In this document: in pieces, positions 1-12,407 of the stretch
How the letters are laid out: each line of letters opens with the position of its first letter
How positions within the stretch are numbered: position 1 is the first letter of the stretch
Assembly (NCBI GenBank): GCA_950097015.1
Contig: CATNEN010000026.1
Location: 620,001 to 684,000 of the forward strand
Direction of reading: 5' to 3'
DNA length: 64,000 nt
Source: Macrostomum hystrix
Lineage: Eukaryota; Animalia; Platyhelminthes
Notes under the pieces: model-generated
The model's input: the letters and a program-made list of their open reading frames with translations, nothing else
Database searches by the model: none
What the model was told of the DNA's origin: nothing
Program-made: the position numbers and the translations under genes

Positions 1-865
1 CTAGTGCCTGTCGAAATCCATCCACTAATCCGAGCTGTAGAATTTTTCTTTTTTTCAGTTAGCGCTGGTTGAAATAAAAAACATTCAGTGTTTCTAGCAG
101 TGCTTCCGTTCCTTCCTCAGTTAATTAAAATTTTCTGCCGATTTTTTCTGCCACACTCTACTTGTAAGTAACAATGTGAGGGCGTTAGTGGTCCGACTCT
201 TGCGCTATAGAGAGACAATTTATGAGGGAACTTACACGATGAGCAAATCTAGAGCAGACGTACACACACCTGTATGAGTCTTACTGCGTTGTACTTCATT
301 ATATTTTCGCTTATTTATCATGAAGCACAAAAGCCAGCCAATAGTTATCTCGTGAAAACCAGCCTTCAATAAATTTTTCCAAGAAACGAAGTGTCCCGTC
401 CTTCTTCGTCTAGTGGTCCTTGATAAAATCGCGTTTAAACTTTCGATAAGAATAACATTGGTGCTGTTTGCCATTAATATCGGGCTTCATAGTTGAGAGT
501 TTACTGTATAATCAGACAGGTTTAACCGGCACATAATAAGGGAGGGATATTAGGATTGTAAAACTAGCCTTTAGGTAGGCACGAAGCCCATGAGAGCCAG
601 CCTAAGCTGAATGCAGATTTATATTTGAAAGTTTGGCGCCGACACGCACCCCAACACGTTGCACGATGCACATCGAGAATATACGTAGCGTACACAGACG
701 ATACCTTACAAGATAATAAACGTAGCATCACGAAGACAGGAAAAACTGAAAAATTTCTGGACAGAAAAAATTTATTAGCTCTCATTTCTCATATCTAGGA
801 TGCTTCAGGTAGCGGAAAACTGAAAACCTCTTTCGTCTCGACCTTGGCGGGGCACTGATAACGTA

Positions 866-1005
866 GAACAAAAAGTTAGGGGTAGCATCTCGTGTTTTCT
901 ATTAATAGAACTGACGTAACCGATATAACCAAGGGAACTGTTAACGTAGTACAGAAAGTTAGGGGTAGCATCTCGTGTTTTCTATTAATAGAACTGACGT
1001 AACTG
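866..1005. repeat. About 55-bp direct duplication
   Basis: aaagttaggggtagcatctcgtgttttctattaatagaactgacgtaac occurs twice. Confidence 0.85.
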
Positions 1006-1009
1006 ACTT

Positions 1010-1374
1010 CATACTAAACACGAATTAGCACCGCGCCTCAGTGCGGCCTTGCCAGGCCTTAAAACTTTATCAGCATGTTACCCATCAGAATGTGCCTGCA
1101 TCATCTCCGTCTTCTGTGGTCACCTAGCTTTATCTAGACGGACTGCTGGACCTTCAAGGGCTACAACAGGTGGAATTAGGCCTCTATGGACACCCTGACG
1201 TGAATTTCTCCAATTTCACTGATCAAGCATAAACATTCGGCGCATCACAACCACAGGACACCATCGCCTAGTCTGTCAACCAATCAGTCACCACCCAACG
1301 CTGTTAGCGTTCGGGCGCTGCCAAACAATTTCAGGTATAAAAACGGGCGGCAAAATGGCTTCGTAGTCCTACTG
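1010..1374. mobile_element. Partial second copy of the 41514-42586 element, without the hAT insertion
   Basis: Shares long blocks (cttcaag.gctacaacaggtggaa..ggacaccctgacg.gaatttctccaatttcactg; tagtctgtcaaccaatcagtcacc; ggtataaaaacgggcggcaaaatggctt..tagtcctactg). Confidence 0.75.
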
Positions 1375-2037
1375 CAGTTAAAAGGTATAGTGTAGATTAC
1401 ACTTAGCTGCAAAACTGTCGAAGCTAAGAGACTAGACTAGCAACTCACCTTACTGTTAAAAATTTGAAAATTCGAAATTCCGAGCGGAAAGAAGTCTTTG
1501 CACAGTACATAAAATGACAATTTCTTATCAGATAAAAGACGCAATGACGAATGGTCTTCTAAATCGCCAGCAAAAAATGTGTGAACTTGTTACGGCGGCA
1601 CGTGTAGGTGTGTCCTTCACCGAATGCTCACAAAGCCGTCGTGCTTTTGAAAACTTAGCTCCCATCGCTTATCTTATCGCGCGAATTTTAGCACATTGGA
1701 GTCCGCCTCCAACAGCACTGCTATCTTACCTTTCAAAGCGAAACAGTTTTTGTCCATTGTTTAAATCGTTACACAAAACTACGAGTAATATTTCAATTTT
1801 GCCTACCAACGCAAGCAAGCAGATGCCGAATGGACAAATGGTTGTCGTTAGTTACGCAAATTGTAAGGGGTATAACAGCCCACGCCCCTTGGCAAGCCCT
1901 CACTAACGCTGTTCGTCAACTCAACCAATGAAAAAGCATTATCGATTCGCCTAAAATTCTGCTTGTGCGTAATAAGCTCTCGCAGTAAATACTCGTATAG
2001 CCAAGATTAACCGAGGCAGTTCTGCAAAAGCAAAGCC

Positions 2038-5000
2038 ATGCTAGTCAAACCTCTGCTATCGCTGTGCCTGCTCTCGGCTGTTCTGTTAACAGTTGGTGGA
2101 TCGCCGAGTTCGAGATTGACCTCAAACCAGCGTCAGTTGCTGCTGGTGTCTCTAGATGGCTTCCGTCACGACTACCTCACCCGGTATGCCAACCAGTCGA
2201 AATTTCTACGTCGCATGGCCAGCGAGGGAGTCTTTGTGCGCTCCATGCAAACCGAGTTTGTGACAAAGACCTTTCCGAATCACTGGGTCATTGTGACCGG
2301 GTTGCATCAGGTCAGATTGTTAGCTTGTTGTTTGTTCGTTTGTTTGTTGACTCTTCTCCCTTTATTTTTTTTAGTTTGTTTATACGCTATTTAGTTTAGA
2401 TTTACTAGTTTATCTTAGCTAGTACACGTCCAGCAATTCCGTCCATTCCTTTTAGTTCGTTAGTTACTTAATTTAATTTCATTGCTTCTTTATTCGTTTT
2501 GCTTGTTTGATTGTTTGTTTGATTGTTTGTTAGTTTTTTTGCTTGCCTGTATGTTTGTTTGTTTGTTTGTTGTTTGTTTGTTCGTTCGTTCGATCGTTCG
2601 TTCGTTCGTTCGTTTGCTGGCTTTTTCGATTGTAGCGAACAAGTTGCTTGCTAGTCTGTTCACTAGTTTATTTTTCTCCTCACCGTCGCCAAAACCATGC
2701 AGGAGAGCAACGGCATTGTGAGCAACGGCATGTATGACCCAGTGTTCAACGCCACCTTCAACATGCGCACCCAGGAGGAGCGCTGGTGGAACGACTCGCT
2801 GCCCATCTGGGTGACGGCCAAGCGGCAAGGTCTGAAGACTGCCACCTTCTTCTGGCCGGGCAGCGAGGTCGAATTCGGCGGCACACGCCCGGATCATTAC
2901 TTCGCCTACGACGGCAGCATCACGTACGAATTCCGCATCGACACTGTCGTACAGTGGCTAGCCGAGGAGCGCATCGACCTCTGCACTTTGTACTTCGACG
3001 AGCCGGATGCATCCGGCCACAGTCAGGGCCCTGATTCAATCCAGGTGGCCAACGTCATCGATCGGTTGGACCACCTCCTCGAGCTGCTGGTCTACCGGTT
3101 GGAGAGGGCCGGGGTGAAGGACCGAGTGGACATTGTCATCACGTCCGATCACGGTTAGCTTTGAGCTCATACGTTAACTAGCATCCGTTTTTATTTCCGA
3201 TAGCTGGTCTTAGTAGTTTCATACTAGACACATCTAGCCGAATTGCTAAACAGCCAAGTCGGTTGCCTATCGCTAGCAATTTTCGAATAAACTGCCCCGC
3301 TATTAAATTTGATTTAATAGTTCACCTGCTCAATTATTGTGCACTGTAGCAAAAATTATATATTTCAGCAACTTTCTAAAGTAAACAATTCAGCTTCACA
3401 GTTAGTGTAAAATCTGCAGTTCGGCTTAATACTAGCTAGTTTTAGGTGCTAATTATGTGTACAATATTTTGAGCTTTTTTTAATAGCCTAACTTTGCTTA
3501 ATTTGCTACTTTGTTTTTTTATGAACAGTTTCATTCCAAACTGTTTTAAGATTTTAACTTCCCATAGATCACAAGTTCCCGTAGAATATACCTTCCCGTA
3601 GATAACAACTTCCCGTAGATTACACATTGCAGTAGAATATTAGTTCCCGTAGAATATACCTTTCCGTAGATAACAACTTCCCGTAGATTACACCTTCCCG
3701 TAGATTACACCTTCCCGTAGATTACACCTTCCCGTAGATTACACCTTCCCGTAGATTACAACTTCCCGTAGATAACAACTTCCCGTAGATTACACATTGC
3801 AGTAGAATATTAGTTCCCGTAGAATATACCTTTCCGTAGATAACAACTTCCCGTAGATTACACCTTCCCGTAGATTACACCTTCCCGTAGATTACACCTT
3901 CCCGTAGATTACACCTTCCCGTAGATTACAACTTCCCGTAGATTACAACTTCCCGTAGATTACACCTTCTCGTAGATTACACCTTCCCGTAGATTACAAC
4001 TTCCCGTAGATTACACCATTCCGTAGATTATTACTTCCTGTACTTCCCGTAGATCACACCTTCCCCTTGCAATGGGATCCCGTCAACACCGTCCGCAGGC
4101 ATGACGGAGCTGAATAGCAGCAAGTTGATTCACTTCAACGATCAGCTGGATCCGTTCGTCAGTCGCTACATGGACAGCGGGCCGCTGCTGAGCATGTTCG
4201 CCAAGCCAGGCATGTTGGACCAGCTGGTGCAGTTCCTGCAGAATGAGACCAACTCCAGACAGCTGCCAATTCGGGTGTTCACCAAGGATTCTTTGCCAGC
4301 CTCCTATCGCTACTCCACGCATCGTCGTGTCCCGGACGTGCTCGTGATGCCCGATCCTGGCTACGTGGTGTTCCGCCGATCGAGCAGTCTCATCAAGGGC
4401 AATCACGGATTTGACAACACCTACGACGAAATGAAGGTGCCGTTGATTGCGTTCGGGCCCAGCTTTCGTCGGGGCGTTGTCATTAACGGCTTTCGACAGG
4501 TGAGTATCTGAATAACCTCTTCTGATGCCAAGTTGATCGAGACTCAAAAGCACAGCAAAGATTCCTCGTCTGGGGGGTGAGTGGCGGAGCAGTCTAACGC
4601 GTCTGCCTGTCACTCCAAGGTCCCTGAGCTCGATTCCGCGGTGAGGCCAAATTCATTTAGGGCGCAGCCGGGGAGAAAAGTCCCTGACGACAAGCCCCTG
4701 ACGATAAGCCCCTAACGGCAAGCCCCTGACGGCAAGCCCCTGACGGCAAGCCCCTGACGGCAAGCCCCTGACGACAAGCCCCTGACGGCAAGCCCCTGAC
4801 GACAAGCCCCTGACGGCAAGCCCCTGACGGCAAGCCCCTGACGGCAAGCCCCTGACGGCAAGCCCCTGACGGCAAGCCCCTGACGACAAGCCCCTGACGG
4901 CAAGCCCCTGACGGCAAGCCCCTGACGGCAAGCCCCTGACGGCAAGCCCCTGACGACAAGCCCCTGACGGCAAGCCCCTGACGACAAGCCCCTGACGGCA

Positions 5001-8000
5001 AGCCCCTGACGACAAGCCCCCTATCGTGCTTGTCGTTACGCCCTTTAGGGTCAACCTCCAAGGCACAGTGAAAGTGTACACTGGCTGGCAATGAGAGAGT
5101 CAGGGCAGATGTACCTAAGTGAGTGCGTGCCTGTGTACAGTATCTGCGTGCTCAGGAGTCAGCGCAAGTGTGCAGAATCGCCTCCTTACTGGCTGCGGGT
5201 CTAGTGTCACGCCTGTCGAACATTTTCATTCCTGTACACATTTTCATTCCTGTACACACCTGTTCACCCCTGTCACCCCTGTCACTCCTATTACACCTGT
5301 CATAGGGCTACAACACGGCTCCGTTAATTTCTAAAGTACATGTATCATATTCCAAAGCTTTAATTAAGGAAAAGTCATGTTGCTCATAAATTTATGGCAA
5401 CAATTTTTACTCAAATTTTTAAATCCCTTGAATCGAAAGTTTTCCTAAATTTCCCTAAATCGAAACATACACTATTAAACAAGCCTGCTAGATAGACGCA
5501 CAATGGTTCAAATTCTAAAAAAATATAAAAAACGACTTCGTGATAAGGTAAGACAATTTTTGTTTGCCAGTCTAACATAAACTTAGCAAAAAGCATATTC
5601 CCAAACAATGATTTATTACAGGTTGACATTTCCCTCAGTCACATACGATGCGCGGGGACAAATTACAAACTCCTTGTTCCTTTCAGTTCTGAAATGTTAG
5701 TGCACAATGCGACACATCAAGTGGTCACGTTTAAGACTGGTCATAGAAACCGTCGTTCCTTGTTTTTCAAAGTCATGATCATTTTATCATCGATTAATAA
5801 TATAGATTTTAGCACGATTATTATTAGGTATGTTATTATGATCGGTCATAGATATGGTTACTTTTGTTTTCGGTCATAGATATGGTTACTTTTGTTATCG
5901 GTCATAGATATGGTTACTTTTGTTTTCGGTCATAGATACGGTTACTTTTCTTATCGGTCATAGATATGGTTACTTTTGTTATCGGTCATAGATATGATTA
6001 CTTTTGTTATCGGTCATAGATACGGTTACTTTTGTTATCGGTCATAGATATGGTTACTTTTGTTTTCGGTCATAGATATGGTTACTTTTCTTATCGGTCA
6101 TAGATATGGTTACTTTTCTTATCGGTCATAGATATGGTTACTTTTCTTATCGGTCATAGATACGGTTACTTTTGTTATCGGTCATAGATATGGTTACTTT
6201 TGTTTTCGGTCATAGATATGGTTACTTTTGTTATCGGTCATAGATACGGTTACTTTTGTTATCGGTCATAGATACGGTTACTTTTGTTATCGGTCATAGA
6301 TATGGTTACTTTTCTTATCGGTCATAGATACGGTTACTTTTGTTATCGGTCATAGATACGGTTACTTTTGTTATCGGTCATAGATATGTTTACTTTTGTA
6401 ATCGGTCATAGATATGGCTTTATACTACAAATCGTCAATGAAACGATTACTTCATGATGCGTAATAAAAAGGGGCGAGTGGGTCAGCGGCTAGCGTCGCT
6501 GCCTCGCACTCCAATGGACGCTAGTTGAATCCCCTTCAAGTCACGATTAATTTCGGGACTTGTTGGTGGGTTTGGACAGTAGCGACCGGCGGAGGTGCAC
6601 CATATTTCGGCAATCAAAGCTTGAAATAATAGCTTCGCTCCTACCGATCTGTGTGCCTGTTCTGCGTTGTGTGAGTTGTGTGCGTTGGTGCTGGGGCGTG
6701 AGGCCTTGCGGGGGGGTGGCTGGGGGGCGGGTGTACACCGCCGCGCGCTTTCTGGACTTCCGTCAGCGCGATTGGATAAGTGTAGACTCATCACCCACCC
6801 CCCCTGAGGACTGATTTCTTATCAGCCTTCCGCCCCGGCTTGGTCTGCTATGTGCGTGTGGGGCTGGGGTGGGGGGCACTATTCTGCCTATTCTGCCTAT
6901 AGAATATAGCCTATGCTGCCTATTCTGGGTGCCTCCTGCCCTCCCCAGCTGGTCTGTGCTGCTGTGTGTGGTGCCTGCTCAGGGGAGGCGGCGCGATGGG
7001 CGCTAAGCGCCTAGTTCGCCGGTCTGGGGGCGTGCCGCTCCGTCGCTTGTGCGACAAGTGCCCCGGGCCCCCCTGCAAATAGATAGAGATAGATGCGAAA
7101 TAAATACCGTTATTTAGTGGTCATAGAAACTTTCATTGTATGATAGGTTGCCAGTACGGTCATTTTTCCTGTCATAGACATTATAAAAATCAGCGGGTAC
7201 TATTCATGTTTGTCACTGCCTTGGTCACTCAAATGACAGATCATAAAAACGGTCATTCAGTACTAGCTGCGACCTCACTATTCTATTGAATAGTCGCACT
7301 GTACTTCTACTAATAGTGCAATTTTCAAGTGTCCTCACTGACTTCATTGAAAATATATATAATTTTAGTCCTGTCACTCATAGCCTGTCAATGCAAAAAA
7401 ATCCTTTTTGAAAAAAATAGTTTTTGATATAACTACAAAACTTGCATTAGCTTCATTTCCTGCAATAATTGATCATCGTCAAATGGCCGGTCATGCCATG
7501 ATCTGTCATAGGGTGGAAAAATTTATTATCGATAACACATATTGTCACTTTTATGATCAGTCAAAGATATGGTCACTTTTATGGAGGTCATAGGTGCGGT
7601 CACGTCATCTCATAAGAGCCTATTCTATGATCGGTCATACAAGGCAATTCTATGATCGGTCATAACAGCCAATTCTATGATCGGTCATAACAGCCAATTC
7701 TATGATCGGTCATAAGAGCCAATTCTATGATCGGTCATAACAGCCAATTCTATGATGGTCATAAGAGCCAATTCTATGATCGGTCATAAGAACCAATTCC
7801 ATGATCGGTCATAACAGCCAATTCTATGATGGTCATAAGAGCCAATTCTATGATCGGTCATAACAGCCAATTCTATGATCGGACATAAGAGCCAATTCTA
7901 TGATCGGTCATAAGAACCAATTCCATGATCGGTCATAAGAGCCAATTCTATGATGGTCATAAGAGCCAATTCTATGATCGGTCATAAGAACCAATTCCAT

Positions 8001-8298
8001 GATCGGTCATAACAGCCGATTCTATGATGGTCAAGGGTCACTAAAACCTACAAGCGTCACTAAAATCATCTCGCTGAAACCTCAGGTGGACATCTACGGC
8101 CTGATGTGCCACCTGCTGAAGATCCAGCCACAACCCAACAATGGCAGCAGTCTTCTCTTTGACGCCATGCTGCAGACAGACTACGCGTCAACCGATTCGC
8201 CGATGACCACAACGCCTGGAACTGCTTCGGCTGCGCCGGTGGCTGCGCTCTACATGGTGGCCACATTGGCGATGGCTTCAGTCTGGGTCAGAGGTTGA
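2038..8298 (+). CDS. Ectonucleotide pyrophosphatase/phosphodiesterase, ENPP4/5-like, 445 aa; exons 2038-2310, 2703-3153, 4099-4499, 8086-8298
   Basis: Signal peptide, then motifs LLVSLDGFR, TKTFPNH (catalytic Thr), TGLHQ|ESNGIV, YFDEPDASGH, ITSDHG|MT, GNHGFDN and VDIYGLMCHLL..QPQPNNGS. All introns are GT-AG with consistent phases (0,1,0). Exon sum 1338 nt. Confidence 0.93.
3560..4062. repeat. 17-bp minisatellite (CTTCCCGTAGATTACAC)
   Basis: Direct tandem copies ending about 36 bp before the ENPP exon 3 acceptor. Confidence 0.95.
4572..5212 (+). mobile_element. tRNA-derived SINE family A with an internal 14-bp array expansion
   Basis: Box A-like TGGCGGAGCAG and box B-like GAGCTCGATTCC. Body shared with 51478-51862 (ccaaggtccctgagctcgattccgcgg; caacctccaagg; ctggctgcgggtctagtgtcac). 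Confidence 0.7.
4680..5020. repeat. 14-bp minisatellite (AAGCCCCTGACGGC)
   Basis: About 24 copies inside SINE A. Confidence 0.95.
5845..6418. repeat. 28-bp minisatellite (TCGGTCATAGATATGGTTACTTTTGTTA)
   Basis: About 20 tandem copies. Confidence 0.95.
7615..8032. repeat. 25-bp minisatellite (TCGGTCATAACAGCCAATTCTATGA)
   Basis: About 16 tandem copies ending about 50 bp before the ENPP exon 4 acceptor. Confidence 0.95.
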
Positions 8299-8639
8299 GA
8301 ATCGATCGTTTGATTCACTTATTGATGCAGGAAATGGCCGAATATCGACCTGCACACTTTTGCTGACACAGAATTATTTAACTGATGGACGTCTTCTTTA
8401 AGTTATTCGTATTTTGTTATTATTTTTAGTCTGAAAGTAGACTGCTGCTTTATTGGTTTACAGATTGATAGATTGACATATTGATAGGTTCACATTTTGA
8501 TATGCAGACTTATTGAGAGGTTGAAATATTGTAGATTGACAGATTGATATGCTAACAGATTGATAGATTGACAGTATTAGTGGATTAAAATGTTGATTGG
8601 TTGACATATTTCTCGATCGACAGATTTATTGATTAACAA

Positions 8640-8895
8640 ATTGATCGATTGACAGAATGATCGATTGACAGATTGATCGATTGACAGATTGATCGATTGA
8701 CAGATTGATCGATTGACAGATTGATCGATTGACAGATTGATCGATTGATAGATTGATCGATTGACAGATTGATCGATTGACAGATTGATCGATTGACAGA
8801 TTGATCGATTGATAGATTGATCGATTGACAGATTGATCGATTGACAGATTGATCGATTGACAGATTGATCGATTGACAGATTGATCGATTGACAG
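8640..8895. repeat. 16-bp minisatellite (ATTGACAGATTGATCG)
   Basis: Tandem copies downstream of the ENPP stop. Confidence 0.95.
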
Positions 8896-9384
8896 AAAGT
8901 AATGAAATGTTTCATTCAATAACCGCGAGAAAACAATATTGATCCAACGATATTTTATGTACAAAATCAAAGAAACCTAATTTATATTTTTTATTTTAAA
9001 TGTTTAAAAGTTCGATCTTTTCTATGACCTACTCCTGTTGATAAAGTGTACCTCCGTTGTACCTAGCCTTATCTGCAAATTTTATCGAATCCGCATGCAC
9101 CTAAGATACGCTCGCACTACTCGCATGAGTAGCCAGCACGAAATGTTTTAGAATATATTTACGAGCTAAGTTCACTAAAACTTTTTTAATGTCTACGAGC
9201 TATAAAATATAATTGATTTCGTCCTTATCGCTAGAAAGTCACAAAAATAGAAATTTTGAAAGAGACAAGCTGGTTGAATAAGTCTTCTGCCCTTATATTT
9301 TTCGCAACATTTGAAGTATAAGTCTGGTTGCGAATAAGAGAAAGCAAGATCGTTGCTTCTCAATCCTTGAATAAAGGAACAGAA

Positions 9385-10925
9385 TGGATTGCTAGACTAT
9401 TCCTCGACGAAAGGAACAGCATGGATTGCTAGACTATTCCTCGACGAAAGGAACAGCATGGATTGCTAGTCTATTACTCGGCGAAAGTAACGGAATAGGT
9501 TGCTAGTCTATCACTCGATGAAAGTAACAGAATGGGTTGCTAGTCTATCACTCGGTGAAAGTAACGGAATGGGTTGCTAGTCTATCACTCGGTGAAAGTA
9601 ACAGAATGGGTTGCTAGTCTATCACTCGGTGAAAGTAACGGAATGGGTTGCTAGTCTATCACTCGATGAAAGTAACGGAATGGGTTGCTAGTCTATCACT
9701 CGGTGAAAGTAACGGAATAGGTTGCTAGTCTATCACTCGGTGAAAGTAACGGAATGGGTTGCTAGTTTATCACTCGGTGAAAGTAACGGAATGGGTTGCT
9801 AGTCTATCACTCGGTGAAAGTAACGGAATGGGTTGCTAGTCTATCACTCGGTGAAAGTAACGGAATGGGTTGCTAGTCTATCACTCGGTGAAAGTAACGG
9901 AATGGGTTGCTAGTCTATCACTCGGTGAAAGTAACGGAATGGGTTGCTAGTCTATCACTCGGTGAAAGTAACGGAATGGGTTGCTAGTCTATCACTCGGT
10001 GAAAGTAACGGAATGGGTTGCTAGTCTATCACTCGGTGAAAGTAACGGAATGGGTTGCTAGTCTATCACTCGGTGAAAGTAACGGAATGGGTTGCTAGTC
10101 TATCACTCGGTGAAAGTAACGGAATGGGTTGCTAGTCTATCACTCGGTGAAAGTAACGGAATGGGTTGCTAGTTTATCACTCGGTGAAAGTAACGGAATG
10201 GGTTGCTAGTCTATCACTCGGTGAAAGTAACGGAATGGGTTGCTAGTCTATCACTCGGTGAAAGTAACGGAATGGGTTGCTAGTCTATCACTCGATGAAA
10301 GTAACGGAATGGGTTGCTAGTCTATCACTCGGTGAAAGTAACGGAATGGGTTGCTAGTCTATCACTCGGTGAAAGTAACGGCATGGGTTGCTAGTCTATC
10401 ACTCGGTGAAAGTAACGGAATGGGTTGCTAGTCTATCACTCGGTGAAAGTAACGGAATGGGTTGCTAGTCTATCACTCGATGAAAGTAACGGAATGGGTT
10501 GCTAGTCTATCACTCGGTGAAAGTAACGGAATGGGTTGCTAGTCTATCATTCGGTGAATGTAACGGAATGGGTTGCTAGTCTATCACTCGATGAAAGTAA
10601 CGGAATGGGTTGCTAGTCTATCACTCGGTGAAAGTAACGGAATGGGTTGCTAGTCTATCACTCGGTGAAAGTAACGGAATGGGTTGCTAGTCTATCACTC
10701 AATGAAAGTAACGGAATAGGTTGCTAGTCTATCACTCGGTGAAAGTAATGGAATAGGTTGCTAGTCTATCACTCGGTGAAAGTAACGGAATAGGTTGCTA
10801 GTCTATCACTCGGTGAAAGTAACGGAATGGGTTGCTAGTCTATCACTCGATGAAAGTAACGGAATAGGTTGCTAGTCTATCACTCGGTGAAAGTAACGGA
10901 ATAGGTTGCTAGTCTATCACTCCAC
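9385..10925. repeat. 37-bp minisatellite (GGGTTGCTAGTCTATCACTCGGTGAAAGTAACGGAAT)
   Basis: About 41 highly homogeneous copies. Confidence 0.97.
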
Positions 10926-11629
10926 GAACCAGTTCTTGAAACGAGAAGTCTCTCATTTCACTAAAACAAATCTGTTATCTCAAATCGGTTTTAACAGGTA
11001 GAAAACTAATTTAAAACTATAGCCAAGCCTTTAGAACATGGCAAATGCTTGGCAAAAAGCAAAATGCTTAGAGTAATAGATAGGAGGGTGTTGTACTGGT
11101 TTAAACTTGAGGGCACAGTAGTATACTGGTAGGTTAGAGATGCGTTGGGTTGTGCTTTTGTCTTCTCTCGCTGGTCATAGGTGCATTGTTGGCACTTTCT
11201 AAAGACAGCAAACACAGTCTCTCCCTCTATCTATCGGTCTGACAGTCTAAACCCTCATTAAAAGCTACCACGAGCTATTTAATTAAAGTTTTGGCTCCAA
11301 GACAACCATTCTAAAACTGATTGCTAAAGACTAAAGAAAAGCATTTTTAGCATCGCTTCAACAATTAGGGCGATCGGAAATAACTTTTTTGATAGGAAAA
11401 AATCTGCTATTAGAAAGCTATGGCTGCCTTGGATGCGCTGGGCAAGCCGAAATATCCGGCTGGACGGCGACACACTAGAAATCGGTGAATGCGCGTGAAT
11501 ATTACTGTTAGTAGCTTAGCTTGTAGTGAACAAAAACATAATATATTGTGAAGGTAGAATTTTTAGTTTTTTTTTATTAAAATTTATAAATACCCTAACC
11601 ATCAACTAGAACACCTAAAAGACTGCCAT

Positions 11630-12150
11630 AATCCTGCAATATCTACCAGAATTATGTGACATTTACCAGAATCCTGTAATATCTAGAATAAACCTGTAAT
11701 ATCTACAGCAATCCTCTTATGTCTAAAATTATGTCCTGTTATGTTAATATCTAACAAATATCTGTGATATCTACAATAATCCTGCAATATCTACAATATT
11801 CTTGTAACATCTACAATAATCTTGTAACATCTACAATAATCTTGTAAAATCTACAATATTATTGTAACATCTACAATAATCTTGTAACATCTACAATATT
11901 CTTGTAACATCTATATTAATCTTGTAATATCTACAATAATCTTGTAACATCTACAATAATCTTGTAACATCTACAATAATCTTGTAACATCTACAATAAT
12001 CCTGTAATATCTACAGCAATCCTGTAATATCTACTACAATAATCCTGTAATATCTACAGCAATCCTGTAATATCTACAATAATCCTGTAATATCTAAAAT
12101 AATCCTGTAATATTAATAATCCTGGCGATAATCTTGTAAAATTGACAATA
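11630..12150. repeat. 20-bp degenerate minisatellite (CTTGTAACATCTACAATAAT)
   Basis: Tandem copies ending about 100 bp before the X-box. Confidence 0.9.
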
Positions 12151-12254
12151 ATCTTGTAATCGCCAGCACCAGCTACGGCTCGATGCACAACTGGCTCCAC
12201 TCCGAGCTATCCGGTCACAATCTATCCGGCTATCAGGACTCAGAGAGTCACCTA

Positions 12255-12268
12255 GTTGCCATGGCAAC
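12255..12268. promoter_or_regulatory. RFX X-box (perfect palindrome GTTGCCATGGCAAC)
   Basis: Exact X-box consensus upstream of ATG 12408. CCGGAAGTGACGTCA (ETS plus CRE-like) lies at about 12348-12362. Confidence 0.8.
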
Positions 12269-12407
12269 CGATCGCCGGCCGCCGGGTCCGGGCGCAAGAT
12301 TTCTACTGGCCTCACAGCGCGGCTGCCAGACGGTGCCGGAGGAGGCGCCGGAAGTGACGTCATCAACAGCCGCCGGGCTGCAACGCCTGACCAGCCCAGG
12401 CGCCGTC

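Noticed and set aside
9385-10925. CRISPR-like appearance of the 37-bp, 35-bp, 45-bp and 79-bp arrays
   Set aside because: Units are head-to-tail with no unique spacers, the context is eukaryotic, and there are no cas genes.
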